Positions 1 through 12,670 of a stretch of DNA of 64,000 bases are shown piece after piece; the first letter of the stretch is position 1, and the number at the start of each line of letters is the position of its first letter. Location: the NCBI GenBank assembly GCA_964016885.1, contig OZ024766.1, positions 14,012,001 through 14,076,000 on the forward strand, in the 5' to 3' direction. The notes under the pieces are model-generated. The model was not told the origin of the DNA and did not search any database. It worked only from the letters and a program-made list of their open reading frames with translations. This stretch comes from Eledone cirrhosa (Eukaryota). Both the position numbers and the translations under genes were made by a program.

Positions 1-303
1 ATATTTATATTTATATTTCTGGCTATTTCTGGCTGTCGATGGTCCTATTCAGGCCACTGGGATGACGTTGTTCAACGAGTGTATTTTTAAAAAAATGCAA
101 CAAGTGGTTCAAATCATTCGCAGATTTGCATTTGCTGTGTAAACGCAGATGGTTATTTTTCTTCTCATTTGGTGAACATCCAAGAATTTAACTGCTGTGA
201 TTTACGGATTAATAGGTGAAATATATTTCTTACTTAAAGAGCCAGGAACCCAACGGCTGAGCTCCGGCCAGAGATCAGCAGTTGGGGTCCTGACTCTTTT
301 CCT

Positions 304-360
<57 letters not shown>

Positions 361-703
361 ACGAAGGAAATGTGGTAAGGAACCAGGTGGACCATAACGC
401 ACCAAAGTACTCAATACTTGAGGTAGTAGAGTGGGTAATAGGAACCTTATTATATATTTATATATATATATATATAAATAATATATTAATAAATGGAAAC
501 TATATTTATAAAACCATATTTATTTTATTATACATATTTCAAGGGCAACCAAGGCAAACTGTTGAGTGCTTTATATCAGTTATAAAAATGTTTAAGCTTA
601 TTGAATCCCAACAAATTAAATATAACCTCTGCATATATATATATTTATATATATATATATAAATATATATAATACAACATTAGAATTACTACTACATTTT
701 ACT

Positions 704-822
704 TTCTATCTCTGTCTCTCACATCTCTTTCTCTCCCTCTATCTCCCTCTCTCGATATCCCTCTCTTTCTCTCACCCCCCCTCTCTCTCTCTATCTCTCT
801 CTATCTCTCCTCCTGTCTCTCC
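704..822 (+). repeat. CT-rich low-complexity tract; several (TA)n and (CA)n microsatellites per unit
   Basis: Directly visible. (TA)n at e.g. 312-352, 45435-45500 and 59931-60004 varies in length between units. Confidence 0.9.
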
Positions 823-1026
823 CATACACTTACCTAAGGTCATGTAATTTAACTGGGTGTGACTTTCTCTAAAAGTTAATACAAAGACTTGCTTTCAACT
901 GACAGAAACATAGCTACAATGTTGCACACTCATATCATGTGTCTGTATGGCTGACTGCCAGAACTTCATACAGAAATAAAAAAACCCACACAACCAACAT
1001 TCTGGGGTTGATAAAATATAATTGTT

Positions 1027-1592
1027 TCTAATTATATTGACTAATTATATTTACGAATAATATTGACTAATAATATTGACTAATAATATTGACTAATTAT
1101 ATTGACTAATTATATTTACTAATAATATTGACTAATAATATTGACTAATAATATTGACTAATTATATTGACTAATTATATTTACTAATAATATTGACTAA
1201 TAATATTGACTAATAATATTGACTAAGTATATTTACTAATAATATTGACTAATAATATTGACTTATTATATTGACTAATTATATTGACTAATTATATTGA
1301 CTAATTATATTGACTAATTATATTGACTAATTATATTGACTAATAATATTGACTAATTATATTTACTAATAATATTGACTAATTATATTGACTAATTATA
1401 TTTACTAATTATATTTACTAATAATATTTACTAATAATATTGACTAATAATATCGACTAATTATATTGACGAATTATATTGACTAATTATATTTACTAAT
1501 TATATTGACTAATTATATTGACTAATTATATTTACTAATTATATTGACTAATTATATTTACTAATAATAGTAACTAATTATATGAACTAATA
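1027..1592 (+). repeat. 13-bp AT-rich minisatellite (tattgactaatta/tattgactaataa)n
   Basis: Clear 13-bp period. A further block at about 1690-1835 and a reverse-orientation block at about 2020-2170. Present in every unit except the deleted unit near 36.7 kb. Confidence 0.95.
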
Positions 1593-2176
1593 ATTGTTTC
1601 TACGTTAGGAACAAGGCCAGCAATTACCCAGTACATTACTGGTACTTTATTTTATCGACCCCGTAAGGATGAAAGGCAAAGTTAACCTCATTAACTAATT
1701 ATATTGACTAATTATATTAACTAATAATATTAACTAATATTATCACCTAATAATATTAACTAATAACATTCACTAATTATATTAACTAATAATATTAACT
1801 AATATTATCATCTAATAATATTCACTAATAATTTAAATAATTTTTACATTAGGCACAAGGCCAGCAATTACCCCAGTGTATTACTGGTACTTTATTTTAT
1901 CAACCCCGTAAGGATGAAAGGCAAAGTTAACCTCGGCGGGATTTGAATTAGTTAATATTATTCGGTGGATTGGCAGTATTGTTGGAGCGTCGGACGCCTT
2001 GCTTTGATGCATAGAGTTATATAATTAGTAAATATTATTAGTTAATATTATTAGTTAATATTATTTAGTTAATATTATTAGTTAATATTATTAGTCAATA
2101 TAATTAGTTAATATTATTAGTTAATATAATTAGTTAATATTATTAGTTAATATTATTAGTCAATAATAACATTAAT

Positions 2177-2370
2177 GGCAGTGGATTGGCAGTATCAGTG
2201 GAGGGTCGGACGCCATGCTTTGATGCATAGAGTTACGGCCCTTGCCATTCTGAGTTCAAATCCCACCGAGGTTAACTTTGCCTTTCATCCTTACGGGGTC
2301 GATAAAATAAAGTAGCAGTAATTCACTGGGGTAATTGCTGGCCTTGTGCCTAACGTAGAAACAATTATTA
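2177..2370 (+). mobile_element. tRNA-derived octopus-type SINE, near full length
   Basis: ggcagtggattggcagtatc head, B-box gagttcaaatcc, central gcctttcatccttacggggtcgataaaataaagta. Inverted fragments at about 1592-1690, 1845-1947 and 2482-2583. Confidence 0.75.
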
Positions 2371-2629
2371 ACTAATATTACTAACTAATAATATTGATTG
2401 TTGACTAGAAATTTAGAGATTATTTTAATGGTTTCTGATTTAGATGCAAGGCCAACACATTTGGGGAAGGGGTGTTGATTGACCCCAGTGTGTTACTGGT
2501 ACTTTATTTTATCAACCCAGTAAGGATGAAAGGCAAAGCTTACCTTGATGGGATTTGAACTCAGAACGTAAAGGGCCGTAACTGGGTTCAAATCCTACTG
2601 AAGTTATAGCTCTGGCTTTCATCCTAACA

Positions 2630-3410
2630 GGGTTGATAAAGTAAAGTACCAGTAACGTACTGGGGTTGATGAAGTAAAGTACCTGTAACGTTCTTGGGTT
2701 GATAAAGTAAGGTACCAGTAATGTACTGGGGTTGATAAAGTAAAGTACCAGTAATGTACTGGGGTTGATAAAGTAAAGTACCAGTAACGTACTGGGGTTG
2801 ATAAAGTAAAGTACCAGTAATGTACTGGGGTTGATAAAGTAAAGTACCAGTAATGTACTGGGTTTGATAAAGTAAAGTATCAGTAACGTACTGGGGTTGA
2901 TAAAGTAAAGTACCAGTAACGTACTGGGGTTGATAAAGTAAAGTACCAGTAATGTACTGGGGTTGATAAAGTAAAGTACCAGTAATGTACTGGGGTTGAT
3001 AAGGTAAAGTACCTGTAACGTTCTTGGGTTGATAAAGTAAGGTACCAGTAATGTACTGGGGTTGATAAAGTAAAGTACCAGTAATGTACTGGGTTTGATA
3101 AAGTAAAGTATCAGTAACGTACTGGGGTTGATGAAGTAAAGTACCAGTAACGTACTGGGGTTGATAAAGTAAAGTACCAGTAATGTACGGGGGGTTGATA
3201 AAGTAAAGTACCAGTAACGTACTGGGGTTGATAAAGTAAAGTACCAGTAATGTACTGGGGTTGATAAAGTAAAGTACCAGTAACGTACTGGTGTTGATAA
3301 AGTAAAGTACCAGTAAAGTACTGGGGTTGACAAAATAAAGTACCAGTAATGTACTGGGATTGATAAAATAAAGTACCAGTAATGTACTGGGGTTGATAAA
3401 ATAAAGTACC
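2630..3410 (+). repeat. 33-bp minisatellite (ggggttgataaagtaaagtaccagtaaygtact)n, SINE-derived
   Basis: About 24 copies here. Other arrays: 7648-8130, 12045-12627, 17611-17829, 22163-22745, 27395-28207, 33301-34014, 37044-37989, 42872-43420, 47699-48181, 52090-52772, 57698-57916, 62281-62763 (about 7-29 copies each). Confidence 0.95.
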
Positions 3411-3453
3411 TGGACTGGTGAGAGATAAAAGCTGAGATATGAAAATAACTAAC

Positions 3454-3591
3454 CTTTCTGACAACTGTTTCCTTCATAACCTGGAGCACATCTACCCCTT
3501 GAACAGATCCCTAATTCCACATTACACCTGTTGTTATCTTCACAATGACACACCTGATCACAGTTGGCACCAAGTCTTCCACTACTGCACA
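3454..3591 (-). CDS. EGF-like (MEGF10/Draper/SCARF-type) internal exon, copy 1
   Basis: Minus strand reads ...ctgat..aatgttttcctgttacAG|TGTGCAGT...CAGAAAG|GTtagt. 138 bp, phase 1-1. Encodes (V)CSSGRLGANCDQVCHCEDNNRCNVELGICSRGRCAPGYEGNSCQK with 8 Cys and two CxxGxxGxxC motifs. Confidence 0.9.
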
Positions 3592-3929
3592 CTGTAACAG
3601 GAAAACATTGGTGTAGATCAGGGATTGCCAACTTCTTTGCCTCCATGGGCCGGACGAACGCCATAAAAGAATAATTATGGAAAATTACACAAGCTAAAAT
3701 TTAATCTCGAGTGTCGACTATACTATTCATTTCTCAAATCTTGAATTATATTCACAAATACCTCTGAATCCTGTGCTTTCCCTCCTTGAAATGATGGAAA
3801 ATGCACATAATTTTTATTTCAAAGTTGATGTTCCCACAACTGTAGCTTTTTTTCAAAGGCAACAATATGGTTATACATTTCATTTACGAGCTGAGTTTTA
3901 CCTTGAAGTTGTAAATTTAAGTTATTTAA

Positions 3930-4150
3930 CCCTTTAGCACTTACATTACTCTATATTTACTATTGTAATGTCACAGTAAACACTTTATCTTATATAGTTA
4001 TCTCACATAATATTGAATCTATGAGATTTTGATAATATTTATTTTGAGAAGAATACCTTAACGTCAGTATGAGTGGCTAGTTACAGCCGGTTTGAACAGA
4101 AAAAAGTGAGAGATTTCTGGCCGGATATGGCCGGTTTAAATGCTAAAGGG
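3930..4150. mobile_element. 221-bp piggyBac-type MITE (TTAA target-site duplication, TIR CCCTTTAGCA)
   Basis: TTAA|ccctttagca ... tgctaaaggg|TTAA. Other copies start at 8651, 13143, 18349, 23266, 28728, 34535, 38510, 43941, 48702, 53288, 58437 and 63284. Confidence 0.8.
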
Positions 4151-4282
4151 TTAAACGAGTCACAATATCCTCAATAAATACCAAAGTTGTAACAGCAGGC
4201 CTTTTATTGTATTCGAAAGGAATAATACGTATTATTCTTTTATAATCTTTTATAATCTCTATAATTGTATTATTCTTTATCG

Positions 4283-4572
4283 AAAGGTTGTGAGTTCAAT
4301 TCTCAGACCGGGTAATGTGTTGTTTCCTTGAGCAAGACACTTTATTTCAAATTGCTCCAGTTTACTCAGCTGTAAAAATGAGATGATAGGGACTGGGGTC
4401 CCTATCATTCCACTGTAAAGTGGTCGTAGAGGTGCCACGGCAAAAAATCACCCAGCACTCACTGTAAATGAGGTTGGTTTTAGGAAGGGCATCAAGCTGT
4501 AGAAATCAAGCCAGAATCAGTTCCTGTCCCACTCTTGCAAGCAGGGAAAAGGGGACGTAAAATTAAATGATT
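4283..4572 (+). mobile_element. Degenerate tRNA-derived SINE(s) with a CORE-like segment
   Basis: B-box-like gagttcaattc, then ccttgagcaagacactt...ctcagctgtaaaaatgag (CORE-like, from recall), then a 3' part aggaagggcatc...ggacgtaaaatgaaatga. Internal hairpin tgatagggact/(g|a)gtccctatca. One per unit. Confidence 0.65.
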
Positions 4573-4780
4573 TCATAATTCAGGGGTTGATAAAATATAG
4601 TACCAGTGATATCCTGGAGTAGATTTAATAGAATAGCTTAACACACACTCACATATATATATATATCTACTAACCAAAGTATCGCGTGATCTGGTGCGTT
4701 ATGGTCCACCTCGTTCCTTACCATACTTCCTACAACACACACACACACACATATATAGATATATACTTATAAATATATAC

Positions 4781-5087
4781 AGAATAAGGAGCAGGTATTA
4801 CAATAACCTGGGGTTCAAGGGCCCTCACCTGTTCAACAAGCTGCCAAGGAATTTGAGAGATCTGCATGGTGTGGACGTGGATGTTTTCAAGGAACATCTC
4901 GACACCCTGTTACCAGGATCCTGGATGAGCCCACAGCATGGTTCGAAGGTAACCTAAGGGCAGCAACAACGAACCCCCTCTTTGCCGAATGGCCAACCAA
5001 CACAGGTTGGAGAAAGAATGTGTAACAAGGGCATGCCCCAGCATGGCCTCAACTGGATCGCTGGAACACGTTAAAAGAGTAAAAGAG
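4781..5087 (+). mobile_element. 5'-truncated LINE 3' end (CR1/L2-group-like ORF2 C-terminus and 3'UTR)
   Basis: Translates as FKGPHLFNKLPRNLRDL...VDVFKEHLDTLL, then frameshifted LDEP and RAATTNPL motifs typical of such ORF2 termini. Ends in a short tandem tail (taaaagag)2. Present in units 1-12. Confidence 0.75.
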
Positions 5088-5118
<31 letters not shown>

Positions 5119-5417
5119 TTATATTTATATTTCTGGCTATTTCTGGCTGTCGATGGTCCTATTCAGGCCACTGGGATGACGTTGTTCAACGAGTGTATTT
5201 TTAAAAAAATGCAACAAGTGGTTCATATCATTCGCAGATTTGCATTTGCTGTGTAAACGCAGATGGTTATTTTTCTTCTCATTTGGTGAACATCCAAGAA
5301 TTTAACTGCTGTGATTTACGGATTAATAGGTGAAATATATTTCTTACTTAAAGAGCCAGGAACCCAACGGCTGAGCTCCGGCCAGAGATCAGCAGTTGGG
5401 GTCCTGACTCTTTTCCT

Positions 5418-5461
<44 letters not shown>

Positions 5462-8173
5462 TATATTAATAAATGGAAACTATATTTATAAAACCATATT
5501 TATTTTATTATACATATTTCAAGGGCAACCAAGGCAAACTGTTGAGTGCTTTATATCAGTTATAAAAATGTTTAAGCTTATTGAATCCCAACAAATTAAA
5601 TATAACCTCTGCATATATATATATTTATATATATATATATAAATATATATAATACAACATTAGAATTACTACTACATTTTACTTTCTATCTCTGTCTCTC
5701 ACATCTCTTTCTCTCCCTCTATCTCCCTCTCTCGATATCCCTCTCTTTCTCTCACCCCCCTCTCTCTCTCTATCTCTCTCTATCTCTCCTCCTGTCTCTC
5801 CCATACACTTACCTAAGGTCATGTAATTTAACTGGGTGTGACTTTCTCTAAAAGTTAATACAAAGACTTGCTTTCAACTGACAGAAACATAGCTACAATG
5901 TTGCACACTCATATCATGTGTCTGTATGGCTGACTGCCAGAACTTCATACAGAAATAAAAAACCCCACACAACCAACATTCTGGGGTTGATAAAATATAA
6001 TTGTTTCTAATTATATTGACTAATTATATTTACTAATAATATTGACTAATAATATTGACTAATAATATTGACTAATTATATTGACTAATTATATTTACGA
6101 ATAATATTGACTAATAATATTGACTAATAATATTGACTAATTATATTGACTAATTATATTTACTAATAATATTGACTAATAATATTGACTAATAATATTG
6201 ACTAATTATATTGACTAATTATATTTACTAATAATATTGACTAATAATATTGACTAATAATATTGACTAATTATATTTACTAATAATATTGACTAATAAT
6301 ATTGACTTATTATATTGACTAATTATATTGACTAATTATATTGACTAATTATATTGACTAATTATATTGACTAATTATATTGACTAATAATATTGACTAA
6401 TTATATTTACTAATAATATTGACTAATTATATTGACTAATTATATTTACTAATAATATTTACTAATAATATTGACTAATTATATTGACGAATTATATTGA
6501 CTAATTATATTTACTAATTATATTGACTAATTATATTGACTAATTATATTTACTAATTATATTGACTAATTATATTTACTAATAATAGTAACTAATTATA
6601 TGAACTAATAATTGTTTCTACGTTAGGCACAAGGCCAGCAATTACCCAGTACATTACTGGTACTTTATTTTATCGACCCCGTAAGGATGAAAGGCAAAGT
6701 TAACCTCATTAACTAATTATATTGACTAATTATATTAACTAATAATATTAACTAATATTATCACCTAATAATATTAACTAATAACATTCACTAATTATAT
6801 TAACTAATAATATTAACTAATATTATCATCTAATAATATTCACTAATAATTTAAATAATTTTTACATTAGGCACAAGGCCAGCAATTACCCCAGTGTATT
6901 ACTGGTACTTTATTTTATCAACCCCGTAAGGATGAAAGGCAAAGTTAACCTCGGCGGGATTTGAATTAGTTAATATTATTCGGTGGATTGGCAGTATTGG
7001 TGGAGCGTCGGACGCCTTGCTTTGATGCATAGAGTTATATAATTAGTAAATATTATTAGTTAATATTATTAGTTAATATTATTTAGTTAATATTATTAGT
7101 TAATATTATTAGTCAATATAATTAGTTAATATTATTAGTTAATATAATTAGTTAATATTATTAGTTAATATTATTAGTCAATAATAATATTAATGGCAGT
7201 GGATTGGCAGTATCAGTGGAGGGTCGGACGCCATGCTTTGATGCATAGAGTTACGGCCCTTGCCATTCTGAGTTCAAATCCCACCGAGGTTAACTTTGCC
7301 TTTCATCCTTACGGAGTCGATAAAATAAAGTAGCAGTAATTCACTGGGGTAATTGCTGGCCTTGTGCCTAACGTAGAAACAATTATTAACTAATATTACT
7401 AACTAATAATATTGATTGTTGACTAGAAATTTAGAGATTATTTTAATGGTTTCTGATTTAGATGCAAGGCCAACACATTTGGGGAAGGGGTGTTGATTGA
7501 CCCCAGTGTGTTACTGGTACTTTATTTTATCAACCCAGTAAGGATGAAGGGCAAAGCTTACCTTGATGGGATTTGAACTCAGAACGTAAAGGGCCGTAAC
7601 TGGGTTCAAATCCTACTCAAGTTATAGCTCTGGCTTTCATCCTAACAGGGTTGATAAAGTAAAGTACCAGTAACGTACTGGGGTTGATAAAGTAAAGTAC
7701 CAGTAACGTACTGGGGTTGATAAAGTAAAGTACCAGTAATGTACTGGGGTTGATAAAATAAAGTACCAGTAACGTACTGGGGTTGATAAAGTAAAGTACC
7801 AGTAATATACTGGGGTTGATAAAGTAAAGTACCAGTAACGTACTGGGGTTGATAAAATAAAGTACCAGTAACGTACTGGAGTTGATAAAGTAAAGTACCA
7901 GTAATGTACGGGGGTTGATAAAGTAAAGTACCAGTAACGTACTGGGGTTGATAAAGTAAAGTACCAGTAATGTACTGGGGTTGATAAAGTAAAGTACCGG
8001 TAATGTACTGGGGTTGATAAAGTAAAGTACCAGTAACGTACTGGGGTTGATAAAATAAAGTACCAGTAACGTACTGGGGTTGATAAAGTAAACTACCAGT
8101 AATGTACTGGGGTTGATAAAATAAAGTACCTTGACTGGTGAGAGATAAAAGCTGAGATATGAAAATAACTAAC

Positions 8174-8311
8174 CTTTCTCACAACTGTTTCCTTCATAAC
8201 CTGGAGCACATCTACCCCTTGAACAGATCCCTAATTCCACATTACACCTGTTGTTATCTTCACAATGACACACCTGATCACAGTTGGCACCAAGTCTTCC
8301 ACTACTGCACA
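8174..8311 (-). CDS. EGF-like exon, copy 2 (Q>E variant)
   Basis: Same splice sites; one change at 8180 gives SCEK. Confidence 0.88.
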
Positions 8312-9807
8312 CTGTAACAGGAAAACATTGGTGTAGATCAGGGATTGGCAACTTCTTTGCCTCCATGGGCCGGACGAACGCCATAAAAGAATAATTATGG
8401 AAAATTACACAAGCTAAAATTTTTATCTCGAGTGTCGACTATACTATTCATTTCTCAAATCTTGAATTATATTCACAAATACCCCTGAATCCTGTGATTT
8501 CCCTCCTTGAAATGATGGAAAATGCACATAATTTTTATTTCAAAGTTGATGTTCCCACAACTGTAGCTTTTTTTCAAAGGCAACAATATGGTTATACATT
8601 TCATTTACGAGCTGAGTTTTACCTTGAAGTTGTAAATTTAAGTTATTTAACCCTTTAGCACTTACATTATTCTATATTTACTATTGTAGTTTCACAGTAA
8701 ACACTTTATCTTATATAGTTATCTCACATAATATTGAATCTATGAGATTTTGATATTATTTATTTTGAGAAGAATACCTTAACGTCAGTATGAGTGGCTA
8801 GTTACAGCCGGTTTGAACAGAAAAAAGTGAGAGATTTCTGGCCGGATATGGCCGGTTTAAATGCTAAAGGGTTAAACGAGTCACAATATCCTCAATAAAT
8901 ACCAAAGTTGTAACAGCAGGCCTTTTATTGTATTCGAAAGGAATAATACGTATTATTCTTTTAAAATCTTTTATAATCTCTATAATTGTATTATTCTTTA
9001 TCGAAAGGTTGTGAGTTCAATTCTCCGACCGGGTAATGTGTTGTTTCCTTGAGCAAACACTTTATTTCAAATTGCTCCAGTTTACTCAGCTGTAGAAATG
9101 AGATGATAGGGACTGGGGTCCCTATCATTCCACTGTAAAGTGGTCGTAGAGGTGCCACGGCAAAAAATCACCCAGCACTCACTGTAAATGAGGTTGGTTT
9201 TAGGAAGGGCATCAAGCTGTAGAAATCAAGCCAGAATCAGTTCCTGTCCCACTCTTGCAAGCAGGGAAAAGGGGACGTAAAATGAAATGATTTCATAATT
9301 CAGGGGTTGATAAAATATAGTACCAGTGATATCCTGGAGTAGATTTAATAGAATAGCTTAACACACACTCACATATATATATATATCTACTAACCAAAGT
9401 ATCGCGTGATCTGGTGCGTTATGGTCCACCTCGTTCCTTACCATACTTCCTACCACACACACACACACACATATATAGATATATACTTATAAATATATAC
9501 AGAATAAGGAGCAGGTATTACAATAACCTGGGGTTCAAGGGCCCTCACCTCTTCAACAAGCTGCCAAGGAATTTGAGAGATCTGCATGGTGTGGACGTGG
9601 ATGTTTTCAAGGAACATCTCGACACCCTGTTACCAGGATCCTGGATGAGCCCACAGCATGGTTCGAAGGTAACCTAAGGGCAGCAACAACGAACCCCCTC
9701 TTTGCCGAATGGCCAACCAACACAGGTTGGAGAAAGAATGTGTAACAAGGGCATGCCCCAGCATGGCCTCAACTGGATCGCTGGAACACGTTAAAAGAGT
9801 AAAAGAG

Positions 9808-9838
<31 letters not shown>

Positions 9839-10134
9839 TTATATTTATATTTCTGGCTATTTCTGGCTGTCGATGGTCCTATTCAGGCCACTGGGATGAC
9901 GTTCAACGAGTGTATTTTTAAAAAAATGCAACACGTGGTTCAAATCATTCGCAGATTTGCATTTGCTGTGTAAACGCAGATGGTTATTTTTCTTCTCATT
10001 TGGTGAACATCCAAGAATTTAACTGCTGTGATTTACGGATTAATAGGTGAAATATATTTCTTACTTAAAGAGCCAGGAACCCAACGGCTGAGCTCCGGCC
10101 AGAGATCAGCAGTTGGGGTCCTGACTCTTTTCCT

Positions 10135-10167
<33 letters not shown>

Positions 10168-10320
10168 AATAATATATTAATAAATGGAAACTATATTTAT
10201 AAAACCATATTTATTTTATTATACATATTTCAAGGGCAACCAAGGCAAACTGTTGAGTGCTTTATATCAGTTATAAAAATGTTTAAGCTTATTGAATCCC
10301 AACAAATTAAATATAACCTC

Positions 10321-10369
<49 letters not shown>

Positions 10370-11316
10370 ATAAATATATATAATACAACATTAGAATTAC
10401 TACTACATTTTACTTTCTATCTCTGTCTCTCACATCTCTTTCTCTCCCTCTATCTCCCTCTCTCGATATCCCTCTCTTTCTCTCACCCCCCTCTCTCTCT
10501 CTATCTCTCTCTATCTCTCCTCCTGTCTCTCCCATACACTTACCTAAGGTCATGTAATTTAACTGGGTGTGACTTTCTCAAAAGTTAATACAAAGACTTG
10601 CTTTCAACTGACAGAAACATAGCTACAATGTTGCACACTCATATCATGTGTCTGTATGGCTGACTGCCTGAACTTCATACAGAAATAAAAAACCCCACAC
10701 AACCAACATTCTGGGGTTGATAAAATATAATTGTTTCTAATTATATTGACTAATTATATTTACGAATAATATTGACTAATAATATTGACTAATTATATTG
10801 ACTAATTATATTTACTAATAATATTGACTAATAATATTGACTAATTATATTGACTAATTATATTGACTAATTATATTGACTAATTATATTTACTAATAAT
10901 ATTGACTAATAATATTGACTAATTATATTTACTAATAATATTGACTAATAATATTGACTTATTATATTGACTAATTATATTGACTAATTATATTGACTAA
11001 TTATATTGACTAATTATATTTACTAATAATATTGACTAATTATATTTACTAATAATATTGACTAATTATATTGACTAATTATATTGACTAATTATATTGA
11101 CTAATTATATTTACTAATAATATTGACTAATAATATTGACTAATTATATTGACTAATTATATTGACTAATTATATTTACTAATAATATTGACTAATAATA
11201 TTGACTAATTATATTGACGAATTATATTGACTAATTATATTTACTAATTATATTGACTAATTATATTGACTAATAATATTAACTAATAATATTAACTAAA
11301 TAATATTAACTATCAA

Positions 11317-11510
11317 GGGCGGTGGATTGGCAGTATCGGTATAAGGTCGGACGCCGTGCTTTCCAGCATAGTTACGTCCCTTTACGATCTGAGTTCAAAT
11401 CCCGCCGAGGTAGACTTTGCCTTTCATCCTTACGGGGTCGATAAAATAAAGTACCAGTTATGCACTGGGTAATTGCTGGCCTTGTGCCTAAAGTAGAAAC
11501 AATTATTAGT
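11317..11510 (+). mobile_element. Second full-length copy of the same SINE family, found only in 'type Y' units
   Basis: gggcggtggattggcagtatcggt...gagttcaaatcccgccgagg...gtagaaacaattatt. Also at about 21435-21628 and 51362-51555. Confidence 0.7.
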
Positions 11511-12670
11511 AAATATAATTAGTTAATATTATTAGTTAATATAATTAGTTAATATTATTAGTTAATATTATTAGTCAATAATAATATTAATGGCAGTGGA
11601 TTGGCAGTATCAGTGGAGGGTCGGACGCCATGCTTTGATGCATAGAGTTACGGCCCTTGCCATTCTGAGTTCAAATCCCACCGAGGTTAACTTTGCCTTT
11701 CATCCTTACGGGGTCGATAAAATAAAGTAGCAGTAATTCACTGGGGTAATTGCTGGCCTTGTGCCTAACGTAGAAACAATTATTAACTAATATTTCTAAC
11801 TAATAATATTGATTGTTGACTAGAAATTTAGAGATTATTTTAATGGTTTCTGATTTAGATGCAAGGCCAACACATTTGGGGAAGGGGTGTTGATTGACCC
11901 CAGTGTGTTACTGGTACTTTATTTTATCAACCCAGTAAGGATGAAAGGCAAAGCTTACCTTGATGGGATTTGAACTCAGAACGTAAAGGGCCGTAACTGG
12001 GTTCAAATCCTACTGAAGTTATAGCTCTGGCTTTCATCCTAACAGGGTTGATAAAGTAAAGTACCAGTAACGTACTGGGGTTGATAAAGTAAAGTACCTG
12101 TAACGTTCTTGGGTTGATAAAGTAAGGTACCAGTAATGTACTGGGGTTGATAAAGTAAAGTACCAGTAATGTACTGGGTTTGATAAAGTAAAGTACCAGT
12201 AACGTACTGGGGTTGATAAAGTAAAGTACCAGTAATGTACGGGGGGTTGATAAAGTAAGGTACCAGTAATGTACTGGGGTTGATAAAGTAAAGTACCAGT
12301 AATGTACTGGGGTTGATAAGGTAAAGTACCTGTAACGTTCTTGGGTTGATAAAGTAAGGTACCAGTAATGTACTGGGGTTGATAAAGTAAAGTACCAGTA
12401 ATGTACTGGGTTTGATAAAGTAAAGTATCAGTAACGTACTGGGGTTGATAAAGTAAAGTACCAGTAATGTACTGGGGTTGATAAAGTAAAGTACCAGTAA
12501 CGTACTGGTGTTGATAAAGTAAAGTACCAGTAAAGTACTGGGGTTGACAAAATAAAGTACCAGTAATGTACTGGGATTGATAAAATAAAGTACCAGTAAT
12601 GTACTGGGGTTGATAAAATAAAGTACCTGGAATGGTGAGAGATAAAAGCTGAGATATGAAAATAACTAAC

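Noticed and set aside
202-662. Short ORFs rich in IYIYIY or LSLSL throughout the window
   Set aside because: They are translations of (TA)n and CT tracts and of the palindrome.
2177-2266. tRNA gene suggested by the B-box gagttcaaatcc
   Set aside because: No cloverleaf can be drawn and it continues into the SINE body; it is a SINE head.
2630-3410. CRISPR-like appearance of the 33-bp repeats with an internal hairpin
   Set aside because: No unique spacers, no cas genes and a eukaryotic context; it is a head-to-tail minisatellite.
2512-3489. Long minus-strand ORFs with 11-aa repeats (GTLLYQPQYIT, STPVHYWYFTL, PSTLLVLYFIN), also at 12.0, 22.1, 27.4, 33.5, 37.3, 42.9 and 52.1 kb
   Set aside because: These are read-through of the 33-bp SINE-derived minisatellite. 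All three frames are open by chance, frameshifts differ between units, and the ORFs are absent in several units.
3449-3664. The 71-aa ORF MAFVRPMEAKK...SCQKG as a stand-alone secreted Cys-rich peptide or defensin
   Set aside because: The N-terminal 24 aa are not a signal peptide and correspond to the branch point and polypyrimidine tract. The Cys pattern begins and ends exactly at the AG/GT sites, as expected for an internal exon.
4694-4957. The 85-87 aa + strand ORF as a gene
   Set aside because: It is a chimera of microsatellite and a frameshifted LINE ORF2 C-terminus.
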